This document shows, piece by piece, positions 1 through 9,469 of a stretch of DNA of 32,000 nucleotides (position 1 is its first letter; each line of letters starts with the position of its first letter). The stretch comes from Halalkalibacterium halodurans (GTDB taxonomy: Bacteria > Bacillota > Bacilli > Bacillales > Bacillaceae_D): the NCBI RefSeq assembly GCF_004376175.1, contig NZ_SNUY01000046.1, positions 1,344-33,343 on the forward strand, given 5' to 3'. Under the pieces are notes generated by a model. The model was not told the origin of the DNA. It did no database searches and saw only the letters and a list, made by a program, of their open reading frames with translations. The translations under genes were made by a program, and so were the position numbers.

Positions 1-553
1 ACGATCCCCCAGACCATACAGCCGAGTTTAACGCGGCAAATTTGTTGTCGGTTGGTGGAATGATCGTACCGAAGTATTCTTTAAAAATATCTTCGTTTTC
101 CTTCAGAGCAGAGTCTGTATCTTTGAAGATAATTCCTAGCTCTTCAAGATCCTCTTTCATGTTGTGGTAAACCACTTCAGATTCGTACTGAGCGGAAACC
201 CCTGCAAGATATTTTTGCTCTGCTTCTGGAATTCCAAGCTTATCGAATGTGTTTTTGATTTCTTCAGGTACTTCATCCCAAGAACGCTCAGATTTTTCAG
301 ATGGCTTAACGTAATACGTGATGTCGTCAAAATCAAGCTCTGTTAAGTCTCCGCCCCATTGTGGCATTGGCATTTTGTAAAATTGCTCAAGCGACTTTAA
401 GCGGAAATCGAGCATCCATTGTGGCTCCTGTTTCATGCGGGAGATTTCCTCTACGATTTCCCGAGTTAATCCGCGCTTCGAACGGAAAATCGACACGTCC
501 CGATCAGAAAACCCATATTTGTATTCGCCGATTTCAGGCATTTTCTTTGCCAT
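1..553 (-). CDS. sufB: Fe-S cluster assembly protein SufB, N-terminal portion (gene continues past the left edge)
   Basis: Absent from the ORF track because no stop lies in the window. The reverse complement from the ATG at 551-553 reads [68 protein letters not shown]... An AAAGGAGGG SD lies at 562-570. It is the last gene of a sufCDSUB array. Confidence 0.9.
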   Translation of the reverse strand, partial: MAKKMPEIGEYKYGFSDRDVSIFRSKRGLTREIVEEISRMKQEPQWMLDFRLKSLEQFYKMPMPQWGGDLTELDFDDITYYVKPSEKSERSWDEVPEEIKNTFDKLGIPEAEQKYLAGVSAQYESEVVYHNMKEDLEELGIIFKDTDSALKENEDIFKEYFGTIIPPTDNKFAALNSAVWSGGS

Positions 554-590
554 GGGAAAAACCCTCCTTTTATTCATTACACAAGGACCA

Positions 591-3548
<2,958 letters not shown>

Positions 3549-3595
3549 ACTAACCCACCCTTTTCGTTGATTCTGTTTACTATAAACGGATTGCT

Positions 3596-4387
3596 TTACG
3601 CTTCTTGACCTTCACTTACACGCTCATCTTCAATTCCAAGCTCTTCCTTAATCCAGTCATAACCTTCTGCTTCAAGACGTTGCGCAAGCTCAGGGCCACC
3701 TGATTTTACGATCCGTCCTTGCATCATGACGTGAACTTTGTCTGGAGTGATGTAGTTCAAGAGACGCTGATAGTGGGTAATGATGAGACAGCCAAATTCA
3801 GATCCACGCATGGCGTTAACACCTTGAGAAACGACTTTCAATGCATCGATATCAAGACCAGAGTCGATTTCGTCAAGAATCGCAATTTTCGGCTCCAGCA
3901 TCATGAGTTGAAGAATTTCATTACGTTTCTTTTCACCGCCAGAGAATCCTTCGTTTAAGTAACGATGAGCAAATGATTCGTCCATATCAAGTAGATCCAT
4001 CTTTTCATCAAGCTGACGAATAAACTTCATTAATGAAATTTCATCGCCTTCTTCACGCTGTGCATTAATGGCAGAACGTAAAAAGTCTGAGTTTGTCACC
4101 CCGCTAATTTCACTTGGGTACTGCATGGCTAAGAACATACCTGCTTTCGCACGCTCGTCCACTTCCATTTCAAGCACGTCTTCGCCGTTTAACGTGACGC
4201 TTCCGCTTGTGATTTCATATTTAGGGTGTCCCATAATCGCCGAAGCGAGGGTTGATTTACCTGTTCCGTTTGGCCCCATGATAGCATGAATTTCGCCACC
4301 ATTTACTTCAAGGCTAAAATCCTTTAAAATTTCTTTTCCTTCAATCGTAACATGAAGATTTTCGATTTTTAAACTAGGTGCTGACAT
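3596..4387 (-). CDS. sufC: Fe-S cluster assembly ATPase SufC
   Basis: Walker A GPNGTGKST, signature FSGGEKKR and Walker B ILDEIDSGLD are present. I moved the start to the ATG at 4385-4387 (MSAPSLKIENLHV), which has GGAGGT at 4395-4400 seven nt upstream. The longer track ORF (to 4432) has no SD. Confidence 0.93.
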   Translation of the reverse strand: MSAPSLKIENLHVTIEGKEILKDFSLEVNGGEIHAIMGPNGTGKSTLASAIMGHPKYEITSGSVTLNGEDVLEMEVDERAKAGMFLAMQYPSEISGVTNSDFLRSAINAQREEGDEISLMKFIRQLDEKMDLLDMDESFAHRYLNEGFSGGEKKRNEILQLMMLEPKIAILDEIDSGLDIDALKVVSQGVNAMRGSEFGCLIITHYQRLLNYITPDKVHVMMQGRIVKSGGPELAQRLEAEGYDWIKEELGIEDERVSEGQEA

Positions 4388-4483
4388 GAACATAACCTCC
4401 AATAAATATTTGTTAACGGCGAAGCTGAGCACACAGATAGGGGCTCTCGCCTAAAAAATCATTCTCAATTTATTCTCATTACA

Positions 4484-4512
4484 ATCTTATAATATATCCA
4501 ATTAAACTTCAA
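4484..4512 (-). promoter_or_regulatory. Putative sigma-A promoter of the suf operon
   Basis: On the minus strand it reads TTGAAG (4507-4512), a 17-nt spacer, then TAAGAT (4484-4489), about 95 nt upstream of the sufC start. Confidence 0.4.
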
Positions 4513-4572
4513 GACAACTCGTTTAATCTTTCACAAAGAAAAGAGGCTGTCTATATAAGTTGAATTTATCTT

Positions 4573-5139
4573 TTACAATCGAATGCACAATCGATCAATA
4601 ACTTTTCTAGGTGAGTCATTTAACTCACGAATAAAAGCTTGCACATTTCTTCGAATCTCTTTAACAGAGGAATAAAAAAGGTTATTAATTACGTCTGATT
4701 TGAGCCATTTCCATAACCCTTCAATGAGATTTAACTCAGGGCTGTAAGGTGGTAAAAAAACCAATTCTAAACGATGTTGGTGGTTACGCAAAAAAGGTTC
4801 AATCAGCTTCGCATGATGAATACGGGCATTATCTAACACCATGACAATCTTACCGGTCGGATAGTGTTTCAATACCTTTTGAAGAAAACGAAGAAACGCT
4901 TCGGCATCGTATCGTTCTTCTTCTACACAAAGCACATCTCCCGTTTCATAATTAAGTGTACCGATGAGTTTGACACCCTGGTGCTTTCCATAAGTCGGAA
5001 TGATTCGTTGCTTGCCTTTTAAAAACCATGTGTATTGAAGAGCTTGGTAATCCCGAATCATCGACTCATCTTGAAAGAGAAGATGGTCAATCTCCTCATT
5101 TAAGAGTTTTTTTATAGGCAGGGAACGTCTCTTCCACAA
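4573..5139 (-). CDS. IS630-family transposase, DDE catalytic part (orfB)
   Basis: 188 aa. DDE_3-type motifs are visible: LFQDESMI, VMVLDNARIHHA and PPYSPELNLIEGLWKWLK. It has only a TTG start in the track, so it is probably expressed as a fusion with orfA. Confidence 0.85.
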   Translation of the reverse strand: MWKRRSLPIKKLLNEEIDHLLFQDESMIRDYQALQYTWFLKGKQRIIPTYGKHQGVKLIGTLNYETGDVLCVEEERYDAEAFLRFLQKVLKHYPTGKIVMVLDNARIHHAKLIEPFLRNHQHRLELVFLPPYSPELNLIEGLWKWLKSDVINNLFYSSVKEIRRNVQAFIRELNDSPRKVIDRLCIRL

Positions 5140-5617
5140 ACTCTTTTTGTTTCAACGGGTCAGCTTTTGCCAGCGTATAAGTCGGTTTGGTATAACTAAG
5201 GCCTAAATCGTGTAAAAGTCGAGAGACACCACGAAGAGTATACGGTTGGTTCCATTTTTTCTCGATAAATGAAGCAATGATCTTTAACGTCCAATTATAC
5301 TTAGCTGGGAAGCCAACATCTACGGGAAGTTTGGTCGCAATCACTTGAGCCAATTCCTGTTCTTGTTCGGGTGTTAATTTGCGTGGCGCTCCAGGTGATT
5401 GTCCCATGGTTAAGCCATCTAGTCCCTTTTCTTCGTAGGCATTCACATAGTTATAGATAGTTTTTTCGGAACGCCCAATCATGGTTGTGATTTCTTTTTT
5501 AGAATAGCCTTGTAAATAAAAGTAAATCGCTTGATAACGTTCATACATTCGTTTATCTTTGGTCGTTTTCATCGCTGTAAGCAAGGTTTCGATTTCATGT
5601 TGACGTGAATGGGTCAT
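5096..5617 (-). CDS. IS630-family transposase, N-terminal HTH part (orfA)
   Basis: 173 aa with helix-turn-helix-like segments (YSKKEITTMIGRSEKTIYNYVNAY; YTLRGVSRLLHDLGLSY). It ends inside an A7 run where the reading frame switches to orfB. Confidence 0.85.
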   Translation of the reverse strand: MTHSRQHEIETLLTAMKTTKDKRMYERYQAIYFYLQGYSKKEITTMIGRSEKTIYNYVNAYEEKGLDGLTMGQSPGAPRKLTPEQEQELAQVIATKLPVDVGFPAKYNWTLKIIASFIEKKWNQPYTLRGVSRLLHDLGLSYTKPTYTLAKADPLKQKEFVEETFPAYKKTLK

Positions 5618-5958
5618 CTCGTTCCTCTCCGTTCATTGGTAAGTGTTACCCTTATATTTCAACAGAGAGTAATTGTAATCCTTTAATTCAACTTATATAG
5701 AAAGCGAGCTCCAACAAATTTCTTCACTTCATGACCCCCATCCCCTATATGTAATTTTCATCTAGTCTGACTAAAGTGACAATGAATCGATCGTAAACTT
5801 CCCTGAAAATAAACCTCCCCTCGTTTGCTATATCCTATTCTAACTTAGTTGAATTACGATTCCAAGGTGAATGAACGATGAAACGATAAATATTAAATAA
5901 AATTGTTGGAAAACTTTTCGACTTTCGGGAAAATGACCCGTATTAATTATCTATAGAA

Positions 5959-5993
5959 GAAAAAAACAGAGAAGCTAAAATACTGCCTCTCTG
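5959..5993 (-). terminator. Rho-independent terminator downstream of the 62-aa ORF
   Basis: The minus-strand RNA forms an 8-bp stem, CAGAGAGG/CTTCTCTG (one G-U pair), with an 11-nt loop, followed by TTTTTTTC. Confidence 0.55.
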
Positions 5994-6006
5994 CTCGTTA
6001 TGATTT

Positions 6007-6195
6007 TTATGCTGACCGTCTCACAACCCCAGTCAACCGAAATGCTTGTTTATATTCCCTCTCTCTTTCTTTTTCCACATCGATCCGCTTCTCTAAATCC
6101 TGACTGTATTCAGCATAGCTCATACCATGAGATTGGTGCATCGCCTTCTCCATCTCAGTTGTTACATTGAGCTTAGATAAATGGATAGAAATCAT
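6007..6195 (-). CDS. Hypothetical small protein (62 aa)
   Basis: The ORF is followed by a terminator. A GAAGGAAGG purine tract abuts the ATG, which is a tight spacing. I recognise no family. Confidence 0.35.
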   Translation of the reverse strand: MISIHLSKLNVTTEMEKAMHQSHGMSYAEYSQDLEKRIDVEKEREREYKQAFRLTGVVRRSA

Positions 6196-6344
6196 CCTTC
6201 CTTCGTTTTCGTTTCACGAATAGCGTAACATACAAAACGAAGGGAACCAATGCTAGTCACCGAGAGTCTCACGCGATTCCTTCTAATCATAAGGGGCTAC
6301 GCAATGTCAGATGATTTACGCTTACAATTACGCGATCCGACCCA

Positions 6345-6788
6345 TTAATGCTTCATATTTTGGTTTTGACCTTGCTTTTGGTTTTGACCGTTTTGACTGT
6401 CTTGTTGATCTTGTTGACCTTGTTCTCCATTATTTTGTCCGAACTCATTCATGGCTTCTTGAACGAGCGTGACGGCCTGGCTCATGGCGGCCCCTCCACC
6501 AAAAGCAGCAGTCACTCCAATCGCTTCCAGAATCTCTTCTTCTGAGCAATCTTGGTCCATGCATCCTTTTGTATGATAAATGATGCAATATTCATCTTGG
6601 GCAAAAACGCTAACACCTAGGGCGATCAACTGTTTCTGTTTTTGCGAAAGCTCCCCTTTTGCGAAGCAAGCTTCAGTAAACGCATTGTACTTTTCTGCAA
6701 TCTCCGGCATCTTCTGTTGAAAGGTGCCAAGCCCTTCTTTATAATCCATTAGTGCCATTTCCATCGGGTTCATTTGTTGTTGATCCAT
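6345..6788 (-). CDS. Carboxymuconolactone decarboxylase (AhpD-like) family protein with a Q/N-rich C-terminal tail
   Basis: CMD-family core ([29 protein letters not shown]). Start set at the ATG at 6786-6788 ([11 protein letters not shown]), which has AAAGGAGGT six nt upstream. The position corresponds to B. subtilis yurZ. Confidence 0.8.
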   Translation of the reverse strand: MDQQQMNPMEMALMDYKEGLGTFQQKMPEIAEKYNAFTEACFAKGELSQKQKQLIALGVSVFAQDEYCIIYHTKGCMDQDCSEEEILEAIGVTAAFGGGAAMSQAVTLVQEAMNEFGQNNGEQGQQDQQDSQNGQNQKQGQNQNMKH

Positions 6789-6933
6789 CGTACAACCTCC
6801 TTTGCTTTTCAACGTCTTTAGTATGAGATCGAACTACATAATTCATTCGAATAATGATTCAAAAGCATCCTTGCAAAACAAGAAAAAAACCTTTATCGTG
6901 AAAAAAGGTGAAAGAAATGATGGGAACAGCATA

Positions 6934-6970
6934 GGAAAAGACGACCGAAATGGGCGTTCGACCGTCTTTT
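6934..6970 (-). terminator. Strand-specific rho-independent terminator after the AgrD-like gene
   Basis: The minus-strand RNA reads AAAAGACGGUCGAA-cgcccau-UUCGGUCGUCUUUUCC. This gives a 10-bp stem including two G-U pairs, which would be A-C mismatches on the plus strand, followed by a U-tract. Confidence 0.6.
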
Positions 6971-6977
6971 CTTTACA

Positions 6978-7100
6978 TTATTTTTGTTTCTTTAAGCTAT
7001 TAGGAATCTTTGGCGCATATATGAGTGGGCTAGACGCATTGACAAACGCTTTTGAGATTCCAAGAGTCGCTTTTGAAATGACTTTAGCTGTTCTCTTCAT
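6978..7100 (-). CDS. agrD: AgrD-like autoinducing-peptide precursor (40 aa), not in the ORF track
   Basis: The ATG at 7098-7100 has GGAGGTG (7107-7113) six nt upstream. Translation: MKRTAKVISKATLGISKAFVNASSPLIYAPKIPNSLKKQK. It has a basic amphipathic N-terminal leader, a central Ser-Ser-Pro-Leu-Ile-Tyr stretch, then a PKIP-containing tail. It is on the same strand as agrB, downstream of it, and followed by its own terminator. Confidence 0.6.
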   Translation of the reverse strand: MKRTAKVISKATLGISKAFVNASSPLIYAPKIPNSLKKQK

Positions 7101-7199
7101 TCGTTTCACCTCCCTCTATAAATTAAGATTTTCTTCAAAATGCTTTAAATATCTTAGAATTTCATTGCCTTTTGTTATCCTCTGATTAGATGAAACTTG

Positions 7200-8865
7200 C
7201 ATTTCATGCATTTGTTGGAAATATGAATGCCATCCTGGTAGAGATCATGCTTTCTCGCTTTAAAAATATGATCGCACCAGTGGATCTCCACATTTCTCTG
7301 GGGGTTACCCTCCCATTTCTCTCAGGGTCTTTGCCCGCACATTCCTTCGTCCAACCTAACCAGAGGTGGAGGCCTGTAAAAGCTCCTTTGCAGGGTCTAT
7401 GCCCGAATGGTGAAATTAATCAACAGGCTTCTCCGTGCTTCGCTTTTCAAGGATCTGCACACCTAGATATTTAAAGATATTTGTGTTTCTTCAACATGAC
7501 TAAGCAGCATTCTGTATTTGTTGCAAGCGGATGTGTCCGAGACATTTTTCTCCATTGTAAGACACACGCTTGTGTCCTAAGCTAAATAACACGCGAATCA
7601 ACTTACAGCACAACGCGATCATGGATTGTTGTTTTTTCAACGGATTCTCGGAGCGTGTCGTTAAGTACTCATGCATTTGCTTGAACTCCCGATTCTTCGC
7701 CACCATGGGGCGTATCGCTGCATACAACAGGGATCTCAGTTTGGGGCGTCCCCGCTTGGTAATGCGGGTTTGACCTCTGAACTTGCCTGAGGTATTTTCT
7801 CGCAGATTGAATCCTGCCAGTTTTTGAACCTGTCGTGGGTGCGTGTAGTTGGACAGATCGCCAACCTCAGCCAGGAAGCCAGCCACTGTCACTAGTCCCA
7901 CGCCTGGAATACTCATCATGTAGGGCACAGCTGGAATCTGCTCTAGTAATGCTTCTACATCTTGCATGAGCTGTTCCATTTGTCCACACAAACACTGGTA
8001 TTGTTCCATCAAGCTTTGGAGTTCTTGCCTAGCCATTGACAGACCTTCCGTAAGACCAACAGAACGCTTGGCGGCCGCCACAAGCGCATTGGCTCGCTTG
8101 ATCCCTATGGCTCGTTTCACTTCTTGCTTCCAGTGTCTTAGGATCTTTTCCGCACCCAGATTGATGATTTCTTGCGGGAGAGGAAACGCCTCTAGCGTCA
8201 TCAGTGCAGCCTTTCCTTCCCAAATCTTAAACACCTCATGAAATTCAGGGAAAAAGCGATCCAGCCAGTTGAGAATACGCCCCCGAACGCGTTGTAAGTC
8301 TTCTTGTAGACGGTCTCGCAGGTTCATCCCATTACGTAATTCAGCATATATGCCAGTGGGGACTTGGGGTTCAGAGTACCGTCCGTCTTTGACCAATTGA
8401 GCGATGACTCGGGCATCCTTTACATCATTTTTGGTGGGCGAATTGTCATCTAATTCCTTGCTCTTCTTCACATGCATCGGATTGACGACAACATACTTAA
8501 TCCCTTCATGGCGCAGAAACTGGGCAAATGCCATCCAGTAATGCCCTGTGGGCTCAAAACCTACAATGACATCCGGTTTGGCATGTTCTCGCATGAGGCT
8601 CTTCATCCACAAACGAAATCGTTGAAATCCGGCTCTGCTGTTTTCAATGTTCATTGGCTTGCCAAATTCAATTCCTCTGGCATCTTGAGCTCTAGCCACA
8701 TGGTTCTCCTTGGCGATATCCACGCCAATAACGAGTGTTGATTCGGTGATTTGCTTGATTTTGTGATTTTGGTTATACTTCATCTTGAGTCCTCCTTCGT
8801 ACTAATTAAGGATCAGTAGCTACTGATACCTCGTATCGTACAGGAGGGCTCTTTCTGTTTCAAAC
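7200..8865 (-). mobile_element. IS110-family insertion sequence (boundaries approximate)
   Basis: A single DEDD-type transposase gene with at most 96 nt of 5' flank before the agrB stop, and about 300 nt of non-coding 3' flank. I found no terminal inverted repeats, which is usual for this family, so the ends are only estimated. Confidence 0.7.
7500..8783 (-). CDS. IS110-family (DEDD) transposase/recombinase
   Basis: 427 aa. N-terminal RuvC-like motifs: VIGVDIAKENH, FEPTGHYW, VVVNPMHVKK and KNDVKDARVIAQL. C-terminal Transposase_20-type motifs: IPGVGLVTVAGFLAEVGD and RITKRGRPKLRSLLY. AAGGAGG lies seven nt upstream. Confidence 0.93.
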   Translation of the reverse strand: MKYNQNHKIKQITESTLVIGVDIAKENHVARAQDARGIEFGKPMNIENSRAGFQRFRLWMKSLMREHAKPDVIVGFEPTGHYWMAFAQFLRHEGIKYVVVNPMHVKKSKELDDNSPTKNDVKDARVIAQLVKDGRYSEPQVPTGIYAELRNGMNLRDRLQEDLQRVRGRILNWLDRFFPEFHEVFKIWEGKAALMTLEAFPLPQEIINLGAEKILRHWKQEVKRAIGIKRANALVAAAKRSVGLTEGLSMARQELQSLMEQYQCLCGQMEQLMQDVEALLEQIPAVPYMMSIPGVGLVTVAGFLAEVGDLSNYTHPRQVQKLAGFNLRENTSGKFRGQTRITKRGRPKLRSLLYAAIRPMVAKNREFKQMHEYLTTRSENPLKKQQSMIALCCKLIRVLFSLGHKRVSYNGEKCLGHIRLQQIQNAA

Positions 8866-8879
8866 CTCAAATTCTTTCA

Positions 8880-9458
8880 TTACAGGAATGCTCCTTTCAA
8901 GATGAACCGATTGAGCTGCCTCGTGACCTTTAGGCCAATAGGCGTAAGGAGCACCCCTTGTAATAGAACCCCGAGAACGAGGCCTTGAGCCGACATAAAC
9001 ATTGCAAGAATGATAAAAAGAACGATGAGGATGTAAGCTATCCGTTTCTTCCGCCGCTCCCAATGCTCTGTATGTACTACTTGATGAGCCTCATAGTATG
9101 GAGCGTATTTCCAAATCAACAGTCCCCCGCTAATTCCATAAAGAATCCAAGCATAGTTGTTTGCAAACGGAACCCAGAAAATTGCCGTGATGAACAGAAC
9201 GGACAGCAAAGTACAGCCAATAGAATGATCAAGGTGAGCACCTCCCGTCAACACCCTCATGAACGTGAAGGATAGTGCGATTTGGAGAAACAGCCAAATC
9301 TCTCCGTGGAGAAGGCCAACCGCTATGACGAGCAATAAAGTAAAGAGATAGTGGAGAATGATCGTGAATCCAAACGTTAGAACCTCAACCGATTCTGTTT
9401 CTTCTGCATTCAATGCTTTCACTTGATGTGCCAACGTTAAAGCAAGACGTTCAAGCAT
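8880..9458 (-). CDS. agrB: AgrB-family accessory gene regulator protein (AgrD-processing membrane peptidase)
   Basis: Polytopic membrane protein with the motif RVLTGGAHLDHSIGC. The His and Cys are 7 residues apart, as for the catalytic H77/C84 of S. aureus AgrB. Start set at the ATG at 9456-9458, preceded by a G7 tract. The upstream gene stops 11 nt before it. Confidence 0.85.
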   Translation of the reverse strand: MLERLALTLAHQVKALNAEETESVEVLTFGFTIILHYLFTLLLVIAVGLLHGEIWLFLQIALSFTFMRVLTGGAHLDHSIGCTLLSVLFITAIFWVPFANNYAWILYGISGGLLIWKYAPYYEAHQVVHTEHWERRKKRIAYILIVLFIILAMFMSAQGLVLGVLLQGVLLTPIGLKVTRQLNRFILKGAFL

Positions 9459-9469
9459 CAAACCCCCCC

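Larger units (their letters stand above)
4551..5700 (-). mobile_element. IS630-family insertion sequence (about 1.15 kb)
   Basis: Perfect 16-bp terminal inverted repeats: CTATATAAGTTGAATT at 4551-4566 and AATTCAACTTATATAG at 5685-5700. The TATA-rich tips are compatible with a TA target duplication, so the exact ends are ambiguous by 2-4 nt. It encloses the two overlapping transposase ORFs. Confidence 0.88.

Noticed and set aside
5841-5856. CTAACTTAGTTGAATT, a 12/16 match to the IS630 terminal repeat, considered as a solo IR or MITE end.
   Set aside because: It is a single degenerate copy with no partner repeat or TA-flanked unit nearby, and it could be chance in AT-rich DNA.
6802-7474. Plus-strand track ORFs 6802-7185 (127 aa) and 7190-7474 (94 aa).
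   Set aside because: They have no SD. They run antisense across the AgrD-like gene, its terminator and the IS110 3' non-coding region. Their composition looks non-coding.
8860-9063. A 67-aa minus-strand ORF overlapping agrB, and the 6-codon mini-ORF MKEFEV at the agrB stop, considered as a possible truncated agrD.
   Set aside because: It is out of frame inside agrB, with no SD. Six codons are too few to judge, and a complete AgrD-like gene with SD and terminator exists at 6978-7100.
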